Shown: positions 12,546-26,800 of the stretch, one piece after another
Position numbering within the stretch: position 1 is the stretch's first letter
Layout: each line of letters starts with the position of its first letter
Source: Podarcis tiliguerta
Taxonomy: Eukaryota
Assembly (NCBI GenBank): GCA_965153285.1
Contig: OZ229114.1
Length of the DNA: 64,000 nucleotides
Reading direction: 5' to 3' (one strand)
Position numbers and translations under genes: made by a program
The notes under the pieces: generated by a model
Databases searched by the model: none
Told to the model about the DNA's origin: nothing
The model's input: only the letters and a program-made list of their open reading frames with translations

Positions 12546-14531
12546 CATGTTTTTTGGCTCGTAGTTTGAGCATTATGAGAAAGGGTGAAAACAGAGAGTG
12601 CAGATAAGGATCAGATTATCACAGGAAGCTGTGGTTTTAAAATCCACTAACTTTTCTTTGCAGCTAGATGGGGAAGAAGAGCAGGAGAGAGAATAAGGAA
12701 GTGGTCTAGCTTGTCACTTGTTCATGTGGCAGCAAACTGTGGTTTGTTGCAATGATGACCTTGACTCATCTGAACCAGGCCAATGAGTGCTTTAGTTCTA
12801 AGGTGCCTTTGTTTTACATTCCAAGGTGTTCCATTTCAACCAACTTAATTCAAGAGGGTTGAACATTTCCTAAGAATAGGACATGAACTTACTAGGCACC
12901 TATTGTTATTAATTGCTATTAAACATTTTAAACTTTGGCTTGCACCAACATGCTTGTTTTTTGTTTTTGGAATAAGAATAACTGTAGAGATCAGAAACCT
13001 GTACTGTGACATCGACATATTTAGGTTGACATTTTTTAATGAGAATATAAAGTGTCAAAGATGTTGCTTAGGGCTATTCCAGCTACTAGTTAGTGAGCTG
13101 GAATAAGCAGTGGGTGCCCCATGAGAACAAGAACTTCCGCAGGTATGTTGGTATAGCATACATAGGAAGAATAGAGAAAATAAAATTATATCCTGAATAT
13201 ACAGTTTTTTTCAGATATAATCAAGAGCCAATTTACACTTACTATTTTAGGCACACACCAAAGTTTTAAAAGTGTGCAGCTAAAATACGTAAAGTGTGAA
13301 TGTGTCAAACACATGTTTGCAAATATATATTTCACACATATACTTCTCAGGGACATGTGATTGGCTGCAGATCTCTCTTGATTTTATGCTCAGTAGCAAA
13401 CCCTGGTTTGCCCCCGTGTAATGTGTGAAATGGTCCCCTAAGGACAGTTATTTTGGAGATCAGCAAAGCTTTTTAGATGCTGCTTCTACAAAATGAATTG
13501 AGGTTGAAAATTTCACTTAGGGGTTGTGTACTTTTTTCAAGATACTGTAAGTGTACCTTTGGTGTGCCCATAGGCCTGTGACACTTGGTGAATACTTCAG
13601 GATATAACAGATATCTTTTACTTAATGCACTTTTCAAGTGATTACCTGGAGGTGAAATTTATTTAACCCTGTTTTCTTTTTCTTACCCTGCAGCCCCTCA
13701 CTCCCTTTGTTTCATTTCTAAACACTCCCAAATTAAATTAAAGGATAGTGTTGAAAATATGTACGAACTGTAAACATATATGTTTGCGTAAGTTAATTAA
13801 GTGAAACTGTCTCCAGAGTCTATGCCCTTTGTTTTTGTTTTTTATTACATCCCTTTCTCTATGGTAGGTTTTCATTTATTGTTGATATTCATTAACACAT
13901 TTTTTCCCACTGGGAACCTTTACTGTTCTATACTCAGTAAAATTCTACGCTATAAATGAAAATACTATGTAGAAAGTATGCCTACTGGACTCCTTTTTAA
14001 CACCGTTTAAAATCCTTGCATGGTTTTTTTTTACTGGGAGCAAAAGGACAATGGAGGCATGGTCCACTGTATACTTCTGTCCTATAGAAGCTAAAACTCT
14101 ATCATGTCAGGACCTGCCAGCACCCAGAGCCAGATTTAGATGAGATTTCATCATCATAGGAAGAGCTCATGGGTTCTAGCAAGAACTAGGGCTAGGCGAA
14201 TTCCTGAGATCATATACTAGGGTGACATCCCACCCAAGGAAACTGCAGAATTGGAAGAACTAATGTGCCTCAGCTGGACACACTCCCCTCTCTGTAGCAT
14301 TTAATGTACTGTGTCATCTATAAAGTGCCATATACAACATTACAGATTAGAAGAATAACTCAAATGTGTTATCTTCACTTTTAGAACTGTATGCATTTCA
14401 CATTAATAATGCAACTCTCCTCTTCCACTGTGGATATCCTGAAAACTCCACCAGAAGATGCACACACCAAGGAAATGGCTGTGTATTATATATGTCATGG
14501 TTGTCAACATGCTGAAAATGCCTCTAATTCA

Positions 14532-14791
14532 AGGTTAAGGTAAAAGTAAAGGGACCCCTGACCATTAAGTCTAGTTGTGGACGACTCTGGGGTTGCGACG
14601 CTCATCTCGCTTTACTGGCCGAGGGAGCCGGCGTTTGTCTGCAGACAGCTGCTGGGTCATGTGGTCAGCATAACTAGGCCACTTCTGGCAAACCAGAGCA
14701 GCACATGGAAACGCCATTTACCTTCCTGCTGGAGTGGTACCTATTTATCTACTTGCACTTTGATGTGCTTTCGAACTGCTAGGTTGGCAGG
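14532..14791 (-). mobile_element. Sauria-type SINE, subfamily A, 5'-truncated
   Basis: aaggtaaaagtaaagggacccctgaccatt...ctaggttggcagg. The tRNA-like head is missing. Confidence 0.88.
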
Positions 14792-14946
14792 TTACAGTGG
14801 ATATATACACTGGGTGTTCTCCCACTTGATTGTGACAAAATGGTTGACTGAATGAATTTCTAGTAAACAAAATGAAATAAGTCAATGTAGCAGGAGCTGA
14901 GTTTTGAAACATTATTGTGTCATACAAGTGGTGTTATCCTCATAGT

Positions 14947-15204
14947 CAGGGCCAGCCTGAAACATTTTGCTTCCTGAGGCAGATAAGATGGTGCCCCCTG
15001 TTCATTCCACATTCGGGAGTTGGCTGGACTATCTGTTGATTCTTATTTCATCCCTTGTGACAAGGCAACATCCTCCACTTGACCTGAACCAGCTTCAGGG
15101 AGTGTAGGGTGAGGCATGTAGCACATGTACACCTCTCTGCTACCCCTCAGAATCTGCTGCCCAAAGCAGGTGCCTCAATCTGCCTCATGGAAGGGTTGGC
15201 CCTG
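14947..15204. mobile_element. hAT-type MITE (related copies ~26355-26624 and ~59367-59522)
   Basis: TIRs cagggccagcc / ggttggccctg. Degenerate 8-bp TSD ctcatagt / ctcagggt. Confidence 0.7.
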
Positions 15205-15947
15205 CTCAGGGTATGTATCACACACCCTCTTGGGGCAACTGACACCATTTGCCGTGTGGGAAGAAAGCAGAGAGTAAGAGAGGCAGGCAAATACAATATC
15301 AATAATTGCTTTGATTGAATCCCACCCCCACCCCTGGCATAGGGCCAACTTTGCTTTATTTGTTTTAGTACTTTAAAATTTTAAACCACCTTGAGCGCCT
15401 GGAGAACAAGGAGGTGTTCATGGTGAGTTATGGTACCTTTCCCCCTAGAAAAATAGCACTTAGTAGGTGACTCGCCCTTCTACCTCTGCCACTCATTTTT
15501 CATTGGGGTTGGGGTTTGCCCTTCAAATGACACTCATGGTTCAACTGTTCTTAACCATAGACTGATAGACTTACACAGTCCTCTCAACATCTTGAAAAGT
15601 CTTGTTTCATTAGGCACCTCCCTTTTCTCCCTCCTTTGCTAGTGTCAGCTACTATTAACATTTTATAAATTCTGGGCATTCACAGGGCATCTCTGCTTTT
15701 CTTTTTAATTTGCACATTTGTATACTTTTGTTTATCTTGGGAGACCTCAGGAAATATGTAAAAAAAACAAACAAAAACAAACCCCGATTCTTTATTTTTG
15801 GGTGGCTCCATTTTACTTTCAAACCGATGGGCACTCAACTATCCAAGTTTGCTATTAGAGGGAATGATGGTTTCTTCAGTGAACCGAGTTTGTTCCCAAT
15901 ATATCACTTTTATATACATTGCACATGTCTGGGTATCTTGTCTGCTA

Positions 15948-16274
15948 TCAACCGATAATAACATGGTAAGAGCTGCATTTCTCAGCAAAATGATGTAACT
16001 GGTATGAAGCATAGTCAAAAAGGTCCACAGTTTCCAAGTTATCAAGAAAGACGTATTTTTCTGTTGGAGGGGAGATGATTGTCTCAAGTCTGTTTAGATT
16101 TGCAGTTTGCACACATTGGCTGTTATTGCTCTGAGTAATGATGGCTATTAACAGAAAAAACATCAACAGAGTGAAAACAGCTGTCGCAAATGCAAGACAG
16201 TAATGGAGATCTGTGCTCATATTCTCAGCCAGATTGCAGGCTCTATCTCTTAACTCCTCCAGAAGCATAATCAT
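15948..16274 (-). CDS. Candidate orphan 108-aa single-pass membrane protein ORF, antisense within the CTNNA3 intron (unverified)
   Basis: True ATG preceded by in-frame TGA-TAA. Hydrophobic stretch CLAFATAVFTLLMFFLLIAII. AG acceptor-like site 17 nt upstream and AATAAA about 150 nt downstream. No recognisable repeat similarity. Confidence 0.3.
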   Translation of the reverse strand: MIMLLEELRDRACNLAENMSTDLHYCLAFATAVFTLLMFFLLIAIITQSNNSQCVQTANLNRLETIISPPTEKYVFLDNLETVDLFDYASYQLHHFAEKCSSYHVIIG

Positions 16275-18840
16275 CGCTTTTTATCACAATTCTGGTATGT
16301 ATGTATTGAAAAATAATCCATAAGGCTTCCACTTTCCCTAGCCTTAGATTCTCAGAATAAGTTTTGTTACCTGTTGTAAATCTGATTTATACTAAAACAA
16401 AAGTCTTTTAACAGCCCCTCTTCTTAGGCACCTAATTAGTACAATCAATTCTAGAGGTGGACTGAGTATCGACAATGATTTAGATTTGAACTGGGGAGAC
16501 TTGGAATCAAATCCCTTTTTAGCCATGAAGCTTAGGGCCAAGTGAGATTCTAAAGTGGGTAATGTGCCCTGACATTTTTTGTTTTGCTTTTACTTCCACA
16601 CAGCAAATGGAGACTCTGAATTTGATAAGAATAAGGAGATAGCAGGAACAGGTGCTCGGTCTTCTCCTTACTTGCCAGTTTCTGATCAAAGTTGCCACAA
16701 ACTGCTTTGCAAGGGAATTGGACCAGTGCCAAAACTCTGATCAAATTCATTGGCTATGCTCCACCTGTCTCACACAACACACCCATTTTTGCTCTTAATG
16801 GATGTTTAGGCCTGCAATTGTCTTGTGGCCTAACCTACCTCACAGAGATGTTATAAACAAAATGGTGGTGGGAAATCCATGCATACTACACCAAGCTCCT
16901 TAGTAGAAGGGTGGGATGAAAATGTAACAAAGAATAAATAAGTATGTGAATGTGTTTTTACAATCCGATTTGAAAGATGAAATTTGAAATGTAAATATTC
17001 ATATTTGTTTGAAGCTCACTGTGGCTTATTCCTGTAACAATAAACCACTGTTTATTGGGATGTCCAAATGAGATCATTTTGTGAGCAAAATCCTTTCACC
17101 TCTTGTCAAGTTGCAACTGCAGGATCCATAAAGATAGTGGAGGGGAAAGGGTGATACATAATGAAAATACTCCATTCCTATCCATCTGCAGAAACACAAT
17201 GTAGGCTTCAGAGATGAGGGGAACAATTTTGTTTCTTCTTTGTGTTTTGAGTCTGCATTTTGCATGGACTTGCCAGGAACAGACAAGTACTGCTTTTTTA
17301 TAGTAGGATCCTTTCAATTGTTATCATTTGCCATCTACAGTTTTTAGGCATATTGGGATCCTGAACCCTTTCTTTGACACATCAATTTGTTTGGTAAGAA
17401 CACAAGATGAGTCTGCTGGATCAGGCCAAAGCCCATCTTGTCTGGCATTCTGCTCTCACAGTGGCCACACAAATGCAAGTAGGACATGAGCACAACAGCA
17501 CCTTGCCTACGCACAATTTCCAGCAACTGGTAAATTCCAGTTTCAGAATTATTTTGTTTTACCTTGAGAGGGATCTCTATATGTTTTCATTTGTTGTTAT
17601 TATTATTTGGTCTTCTTCTAGGGCCCTGAGAGGGGCAGACAATGATGATGTAATGATACTTTAACTACAATATCTGAAGAGTCCATGACAAAGCTGGCTA
17701 GGAAATTTGTCAACTTGTTTTGACATACAAAACAGATTGAAAAAAATGGTTGTAAACAAAATTGTCAGGTATGGTTTTCATACCTTTCAACACTTTTGCA
17801 TTATTAACGGTAGTTATATGTGTGAAACTTCTACGTGGGTTGATTTAAGTGAGCTTCCTAGACTGTTTGTACATTTTCTGATGCATTATACAGACATAAA
17901 TATTTTTTTTGTACAAGGAATTACGATTAGGCAGCAATAATGAGCTTTAGTAAATTGAAATAGATCTCAGAGGCCCTCAGCTAGATTGGCTGGCAGCCTG
18001 AGCACATTGGCATTATATCCAGTACACAGACTGGGCCATCTTGGTAATATGCCATATCTGTGGATTCTTCTAGTTGATTATTCCTAGAGCTAAAGAGACC
18101 CTGATGAATCCAGTCTTCCATTATACAGCCTGGCTTCTTAGGCTAATGAAGAAATTGGAAGCAAGGATGTGGCTTTTGCCTCAAGCGTGCATCCATAGAC
18201 CAGTTGTGGTTACAAGACTGGTTTATGCTACTTGTCTAAGCTCAAAATGGAAATATTCAGTGTAGCAGGGAACTAAGAATATCCTTAGCCCTTTCCATCT
18301 GAAAATAATCAAATGCCTGTATTACTGTACATGAAGGGTTATCTGTATGAGTTTCTTGAATCATGAAGAGATCCTTCATAGGAAATGAAAACTGATTTTT
18401 TTCTTCTTCTTCTGAGGGAAGACTTGATAAAAACCTTTGCCTAGGTTTAAGAGAATTTTGCAGAGAGCAAGCATTTGGTGAAGTCTCTGAACTCTGCCAT
18501 CATCTTCCAGGAACTCTACATTCCAGAAGTACAACTTTCTTTTAATTTGTTCAGATGTGTTGCTCTTTCCTGGGGTTAAAAAAAATAGAGAATTCCTGCA
18601 GGGAACTTTAGAGAACCATGCTCACAAAGCCAAGATTTCTTGATCCCCTTCAAGATTATTTGAATCCCTGCTGTATAAAATAGTCAGTAGAATACTATAG
18701 TTTCCAGCTTGTGTGCAATTCCATGAAAACTCCCCTTCTCACTTTGTTAGACTATTATATTTAACTCATTTTCCAGTTTCTCCACAACCTCTTCCCCTGC
18801 CACTGAGAAGGGTCAATTATTTTTGAAATAAAAAAATCTA

Positions 18841-19156
18841 CCGTATTTTTCACCCTATAGGACACACTTTTTCCCCTACAAAAACTCCCCCCCCAAAAAA
18901 AACTTCGCGCAGCTCTCCCACCGCTTTGCGGAGAGCTGCCTGGACCCAGAAGCCTAGGGGGTGCTGAGCTCAGTGTCCCCCAGGCTTCGGGCTTCACAGA
19001 TAGCAGCCTGTTCTAGGGGCTGGGGTCGGGGGAAGCTCGGGTTTCCCCCGCCCCAGCCCCACGCCTGGGGGAAAAATAAATTGTTTCCCCTTATTTCCCC
19101 CCAAAAAACTAGGTGCGTCCTATGGGCCGGTACGCCCTATGGGACGAAAAATAAGG
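18841..19156. mobile_element. Tc2-like MITE, second subfamily
   Basis: TA-ccgtatttttcaccctatagg ... cctatgggacgaaaaataagg-TA, with a GC-rich core. Confidence 0.85.
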
Positions 19157-19204
19157 TAAATAATAAAATATAGTCAAGATTGATGGATACATAAGTTTAT
19201 TTAT

Positions 19205-19502
19205 GGGACGTGGGTGGCGCTGTGGTCTAAACAACAGGGTGAGTGCCTGTTGTTTGGTCCCAACTCCTGCCCACCTAGCAAATTGAAAGCACGTCAAGTG
19301 CAAATAGATAAATAGGTGGGAAGATAAACGGTGTTTCCATGTGCTGCTCTGATTTGCCAGAAGTGGCTTAGTCATGCTGACCACATGACATGGAAGCTGT
19401 CTGTGGACAAACACTGGCTCCCTTGGCCTATAGAGTGAGATAAGCGCGCAACCTCAGAGTCGTCCATGAGTGGACCTAACGGTCAGGGGTACCTTTACCT
19501 TT
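19205..19502 (+). mobile_element. Sauria-type SINE, subfamily A, with internal deletion
   Basis: gggacgtgggtggcgctgtgg head and acctttaccttt tail. The B-box region is deleted. Partial TSD taagttt. Confidence 0.88.
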
Positions 19503-19736
19503 TTAAGTTTGTTGCCATCCCAATCCACATGTTAAAAAACCCCAGAAGAGCCCATACCCCCCCTAGACAACTTTGTGTAGGGATGATTCAAATTCTGTTC
19601 AGTCAGTCTCTACCATGCTTGTTTTTTCATAGGAACTAGTTTCAGACGCTATCAGTACTGAGAATACATTCTAGCTAACAATGGTAATATTTCAATGGCA
19701 TACATATATCAGAAACATTTAGTCATTGGCTTTAAG

Positions 19737-20100
19737 CTGTGGGTGGGTGACCTTTTTCAGCCAAAGCCTGTATACCCTCGTGGGCCAGAGTAAAAAATAA
19801 AGTGGCTTGGGCAGAGTGGGCAGAGCAACAGATATTACTCCTACTTTGTGCAGTAGCTTGCATTCCAGCCATGCACATCGGAGGTTCCTACACATCCCCA
19901 CATATAAAGACAAGCAAGATGCATTATCATAGGTCATGGATACATTCCAACCAGGCAAAAACACAAGAAGATTGTGTAGAACAGGGTCAGTGAGGGATGT
20001 GTCCTGGGAATGGGGTGTGGCCTAGGGAGGGTCTCTAAGCCCAGATAGAGAGGCCAGGACGACTGCATTCTTTCCCCAGGCCTGATGTTTCTTATACCTG
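19737..20100. mobile_element. Degenerate hAT/Charlie-like MITE
   Basis: Ends ctgtgggtgggtgacc.. / ..tttcttatacctg flanked by gctttaag / gctttaga (8-bp TSD-like). Confidence 0.55.
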
Positions 20101-22943
20101 GCTTTAGAGAATACAGTTTTCACACTCAGCTTTCACAGTTGGGAATAACTGAAGAGGTTGGTCGGTCAGTGGCAGCTATTTAAGAGGTACCAACATGAAC
20201 ACTAGTTAATCTGAGCCCTTTCCATACCTCTCCCAGTTGTAAATGTTGTGAGCTGGTCTAGCCCTAACACTATGGTCAGAAACTCTTTGCAATAAGCGTT
20301 CCTGATCATGGGGAGAGCCTATCTGTGTACAGTAGGCTCCTCTTTCCAGACACGTGGCTGGCAGAGGTGCTGGGGCCAGCAGGAGACATTGAGATGGGGC
20401 CCATAAGTGCAGCTCTGCTTTCCCCTCAGTGTGATTACAGTTGTGTGGAGGAGAATATCTGAGAAGCCAATGCTCTATTCTTAATTGTTGCGTCGTGGTA
20501 AAATTCTGGCTATCCTCTGTTACTCAGAGCAATCTCTGGGCCTGTGTCCATCTAAAAAACACAACACCACCTATATATTTTAAATAGGTGTGTGCAACTT
20601 GTGATCTTTCAAGCCAAATTTAGGATGCATTGTGGCCTGTTCTTAACAGTCAGAAGGAGCAAAAGGAAGAGGATTTTCATGCTGCTTCTTGGTTTGCGAA
20701 CATCGCTTGTGGCTGCTTAGCTGAGCAGACATGCCACCCATTAGCAGTACCTCTGCCTTGCCTGAATTGAGAATATTTATTGGGCCCCATTCAGACCATT
20801 AACCACACCCACACACTAAATCAGTGCACCCACTGTCTCTCTTGGATTTGCTGAAGAGGAGGGAGAGAGCTGGATTTCATCTGCACACTGATGACACTTC
20901 AACCCACATTTCCAGTTAAGAATAATTCCCCTTGTTTTTTATGGAAGGGTGTTGGCGGTTCTGTTTGTATTATTTGTTTTGAAAACTCAATAAAGCATTT
21001 TCGTTTTAAAAAAGAAGAAGAAATGTATGCATACATTCAGAGCAACCAAGTCTTTCATGCCCTATTTTTGGCACTCTGGAAAATAGTAATCTCCAGCTAA
21101 TGTGTAACTTCAGATGTATAGATTTAGATATAGATATGAAACAGTGTCCATCAAACATAACATAGATCTCTCAAAGCATTTTACGATTTTCTGAAGCAAG
21201 GCTGGTTCTGTCATTATGGTCAACCAACTGACTGCCAAGGGCAAATGTTAATACAAACTTGATCAAATATGGAAAAGATGCAAAGGAGCATAGCATGTGG
21301 ATGAGAGGCTGGCTAATCCTACTTTGGTGTGTTGGTAAACAGCCATTAAAACCTGCTTGGCTACCATGTTCTTTGCTTTCCACTTTAATATTATTATTTT
21401 TATTTATTAAATTTGTATATCACCCTTCATCCAAGGATCACAGGGCAGTTTATAATACAAACACATAAAAATACATAGTAACAAACAATAACAATAGCTA
21501 GTTTCACATTTTCTATTTCTATGGTGGCAAGAGAAACCAAGTAAAATCTAGCCCATATGGGAAAATCGCCTTCTACTGGACAGCTCCAGAGTCACGGCCA
21601 AAAATATATTAACAAATTCCAGCTTAGGGTGTAGCTCACTTTTAACATGAGATACATTGGGCATTGCAAACAACAGTGGGTGAGCAAGTTGACAGTGCAA
21701 AATACTGCTTCATTGAATTGTACAGTGTGAATCATATCATTCTTGCCATACCAGCCTCTCAGGAGACCAAGTCATTATTTCAAGGTAAATTGGCTCCTGG
21801 TAAGGATGTAAACAATGAACAAAAATTGTGTACCATTTATTTGTTTTCGCCTTATGTGTTTAAAAAGTAGGTTTAGAAGAGATTTCCTGCTCCTCGCCCC
21901 CCTATGGGAGGACAGTAGGGGACTGAGGAATTGCATTGGACTTTGAGTATGTGAAGGGGGAGAGATAGCTGGGGGGAAAGACTAAGAAAATACAGCATTT
22001 CTTCCAAGCTCAGCTTTTCAATTACAAAACCTGCCTCCGCACCATCCTACAGCCCCATCTGACTCTGCCTGTTGTCTGAGGATGGAATGGGGGAAGGTAC
22101 AGATCATTTTTAAAGAGCATTGAAGAATCAACAGGGGGAAAGTGCCCCAGAGGGAAACCATGGGAGACACTGAATAAAGTCTCTGCTTCCTCATTCACTG
22201 GATATTGCTACTAGCATTAATATTGCAGAGAACAAGAAGGTTAAGAGTATACACATGTGGAACATTGGCAGGCAGTCTGAACATAGAGCAAGTAGTATTA
22301 GTTAGAGGGGTTGGTTTTTTGTTATCATTTCCTCTATCAAAGGAATATGAAACCACAGGGAAACAGATGGCTCTGAGAATTCATCAGGACAACCACCATG
22401 GAATAGCATCGACGAAACATTGGCACAGTGGGTAGGCGGACACTTTCATTTGTAAAAGCACAGAGGGTCATGGATATGTCAAATGTAAACACAGCAATAT
22501 ATCTTATACAGGACACACTGACCAAGCAAGTGTATGAACTCTATTCTCATTTGCTAGTTTCACTAACCAGCACCTGTGGTGATTTTGAATTTGTTGATAA
22601 GCTGATACTAATGCATAGGTTGTCACCCAGAGGCTGAGCATGGCTTTACGCACAACTTGGAGTGGAAACTGGAAAGGAGCTGTGCTGTTTCTGGTATAAT
22701 TCCAGGATTTTTAAAATAAGGATTATTCTAGAGTTGCTGAGAGAAATTAAGCTTTGTGATCCTGAGATATGCAATAATCCGCTCCAACCAGATTTCAGGC
22801 ATAAATGAGAGGAAAGAATGAGCAAAATGTAGACAGTGTCTCACAGATCAGGCCCTTATCAAACAGACCCCCATCTTCTGCGGAGTCCAAGGCCTTCACC
22901 CTTGCTGAATATGAATTTTTTTTATATATGTAAGGTTGCAGTA

Positions 22944-23175
22944 TAGTGGTACCTTGGTTTGCAACCACTTTGGATTACAACCATTTTGGATTACAACCAC
23001 GTCAAACCCGGAAGTGTGTGTCCCTTTTTTTGGATTGCAACCCATTTTTTTTTGGATTACAACCAGTTTTTGGGGGGGAGGCCCCATTGGCGAAAGTGCG
23101 CTTTGGGTTACAACCTGTTTTGGTTTACAACCAGACCTCTGGAACGGATTATGGTTGTATACCAAGGTACCACTG
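22944..23175. mobile_element. Tigger/pogo-like MITE
   Basis: TA-(c/t)agtggtaccttggt ... accaaggtaccactg-TA, with internal ttggattacaacc repeats. Confidence 0.88.
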
Positions 23176-23534
23176 TACTCTTTATGGTTTCAGTTTCTGA
23201 AATCAAAATGGTAGCCTAAGCACAAAGGGTGGAATTTGATGTTGTGCTCTTCTAAATATTTTGTCTACACAAGGAGCTATACTGGAATGCTAAGTAACCC
23301 TTTATGTGCCCAGAGTAGTTGCACAACCATTTCAGCATATGCTGCTGTGCTGGAACTCGGTGTGAGTGGAAGAGGAATCTGTTTTAAATGAATTTATACT
23401 CAGAACTTGGCAGTATTGAGCCACCTCTTGTACTGAGTGGCCACTTATATGTAACCTGCTTGTGTATTTGTTATTTTTAGAATGCCTGACCAATTTTATA
23501 CTAAATTATACATAAGAAATCTTTATTATGCATA

Positions 23535-23898
23535 AAGGTAAAAGTAAAGGTACCCCTGCCCGTACGGGCCAGTCTTGACAGACTCTAGGGTTGTGCGCCC
23601 ATCTCACTCAAAGAGGCCAAGGGCCAGCGCTGTCCGGAGACACTTCCGGGTCACGTGGCCAGCGTGACATCGCTGCTCTGGCGAGCCAGAGCCGCACACG
23701 GAAACGCCGTTTACCTTCCCGCTAGTAAGCGGTCCCTATTTATCTACTTGCACCCAGGGGTGCTTTCGAACTGCTAGGTTGGCAGGTGCTGGGACCGAAC
23801 AACGGGAGCGCACCCCGCCGCGGGGATTCGAACCGCCGACCTTTCAATCAGCAAGCCCTAGGCACTGAGGCTTTAACCCACAGCGCCACCCGCGTCCC
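23535..23898 (-). mobile_element. Sauria-type SINE, subfamily B, full length and CpG-rich (young)
   Basis: Diagnostic gtacccctgcccgtacgggccagtc 3' part. 13-bp TSD tttattatgcata at 23522-23534 and 23899-23911. Confidence 0.93.
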
Positions 23899-26800
23899 TT
23901 TATTATGCATATAATACAAATAAATAGTCAAGCTGCATGTGGTACAATATTTGTGCAGCATACTATTATCTCTACATATGTATATTAATACATACATATT
24001 TTTATACAGTTATATGCATTGTTGTATGTATCTATGTGATGATTACTTGAGGCAACCTGGGATATACACGGACGTGTGTGTGTGTGTGTGTGTGTATCAA
24101 TCATATGTATAATGATGTGAATAATGATAAATTTTATATGTGAACATTGTTCCTATTTTTGGTAACTCCAAATGTGGGGTGGTGGAGGGGAACTTGCTTC
24201 TTGTCAAAATTAAGGAGCAAGATGGGAATTAGAAAAAAAACACCCTAAAAATATAAGCTTGACATTAAAATTTTAATAAAATTAGTATTTTCCTGAGGCA
24301 GCCACATTCTTGTTTGTTTGTGTGTGTGTGCGCGCGCACACACACATGCATTGCCATGTGACTAGGCCCTGGTTGTGAGGCAAAAGTCAGTATTTTTACT
24401 TTATCCACATTTTCTGGTATTTCCATTTTATGAAAGATGTCAACCCCCAAACTGTTTCCTTTTTGTTTGGATTAACCAGAAAATGTTGATTTTATTTTTG
24501 ATCTGAACACCTTGGTTAAAAAAAATCAGGCCTGACAGTCAACTGATTACAAACATTATAATATCCAATGAAGAAAATGTAGAACACAACATTTAAAGGT
24601 GAACTGATTTATTGTGACATTTTTTAAAGGTGGCATAGGATTATTTGTTTTTTTGTTTTTGTTTTTGCTACATCAGACTAACACAGATGCTCTTGAGATA
24701 TTTAATTAAGATAAGTTTTCTTACACTAAGGTGCTGAGACAAGTAATTTATTTGGACAAATTGTTCTAAATGTATAGTGAACCAAGGGATTGAGAGACAT
24801 ACTTTGCTTGCAGTGTTGTCAGCACTGCCTAAAGTAACATTTACAGGAGAAACCTTCTGCAAAAAATAACAATGAGTGATGCAGTTCTAAGCATGTTGTA
24901 GCCTTGTGTGCACAAAGGCAGGGGATAATATTTACAATAGAGATGTTTAACTTGTAAACAGATCCCATTAGTTCAATGGAATTTACTTCCCAGTAAGCAG
25001 TATTGTAGCCATAGTTAATCATGTTTCCAATCCTAACCATGAGTTTTCCTCAATTATGTGGAAAAGAACAGTCCAGAGTCTGGACAGTTCACTCCCACTG
25101 GATTTTGCAAGGCAGAAAACTCTTCACTGATGTTATTCAAGAGCAGGACGACTCTTTCATTCCCAGAAGAGAGCCATAGCAAAACTGGAAGCAAACCATA
25201 GGGTCAAAGTAGAGATAGGATGAAAATACGGGGACAAACAGCTGCTTTGTCATGGGGAATTCTGGTTGAGATAGTCTTCTAGCAAAAATGTAATCTGCTT
25301 AATGAGCTCTGTTTGAGGCAGGGGGGTAGAACTTGACACTCAGGGAGGCTTTGTGACTCCCCAGGCCTATCTGACCTTTGGGGTTCTCCCTAGGCCAGAC
25401 TCCCTTTCCTTGCCACCCTCACTTACTAGCACTGCCCTGCATTATTTTTGCCTAGCTGGAATGTGTCTTTGAACTGTTATAGTGCTTGCTGGATGGAGAA
25501 TGGAGAGACGTTTTGCTTGGGCTATGCTAGAAAGATAAGCGTGCCCTCTATTGCTCAAATTACTTTTCCCCTGGCCTATCCACCCCTGGCATGCAGCCCT
25601 TGGAGGTTGCCCTTAGGCTGAAAAAGGTTCTCCATTCCCTTGTTTAAGGGTTTCCAGGCAAAAAAAAATTATGACAGGTAATCTTGGTTTACTATACTAG
25701 GATACCATTCTGTTGGCTTTGTAAAGGCTGCCAGTATTTTTACGTATGAACAGTCTCCTTGGTCAGGTGGCGTCTTTGCTTCTAGGCTCTCAGACTTCAT
25801 ACGAATTTAGAGTAGATTACATACACTTACTTTTTCACCATGTCAAAGGACCGATGATCAAATGAAATCTAGCTCGCCCACTGCTGTTCTGTAGCCTGAA
25901 CAGCAAACTCGCAGTAATGTTTTTGCATTCTAGTACTTTCGGTGTATGCAATATTTTAATGAAACAAATGAAAAGTATACATTCTAGTTTTGTGTGGTGT
26001 TGCTAAAGGTTGCACAACTTCTATTATTTACTTGGGTACTTAATCCGGAAATTCATATTAGAACTGATGAGGAAAGGGATGGAATGTCCTGAAGCTTCTT
26101 TTCACTGTTGCAACATGAAGTTTCAGCTCAATATGTCCATAGCAGCTTCTTTGATCACCCAGTCTCTCTGAAAATTGTAAACTGTCAAAATGGTGAGACT
26201 TCTGCAGATGCACAAAAATGTCTTAAGTGAGCCCGAGTAGCTTTTCCCATTGGAAACACAGTGAGTGAATTATTCCTTCTAGTCACTGCTGAACTGTGCA
26301 GTTATTGCAGAACCCTGATTATTTTCAGCATGTAGACCTGTAAACATTTTAAGTGGAGTTGGTCCAAGACATTTTGCTGCCTGAAGCAGAGCAGCAAATC
26401 TGCCCTCTTCAAAATTCAAGGTGCATACTACCCAAAATTGGTCAAGTTATTTTGGCACCTCAGGCAAAAAAAATCCAACAAGCACCTCTCCCTCTCCCTG
26501 GCAGCAAAAAATCTAACAGTAACACATTTAATAATATACGGTACCAATTTGTTGCCATTTCACAACACCAAAATCAGCAGCCAGAGGCAGCAGTCTCACT
26601 CTGCCTAATGATAGGCCCTGCCCTGAAAATATCTTTTTTCCCCCAGTGCCATTGATTGATCTTAATGTGCCTTAATTACTTATAACATTTCTACCCTCCC
26701 CTTCTGCGGAGGAGTTTCCTAGGCTGCTGAACCTCACAACACCATCACAAGACTGAGAAATAGTGACTTGCTCAAAATTACAGGGTTTGCTTCTTGTCTC

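Noticed and set aside
22896-23219. Four overlapping ORFs with FGLQP repeats
   Set aside because: By-product of the internal repeats of a Tigger-like MITE.
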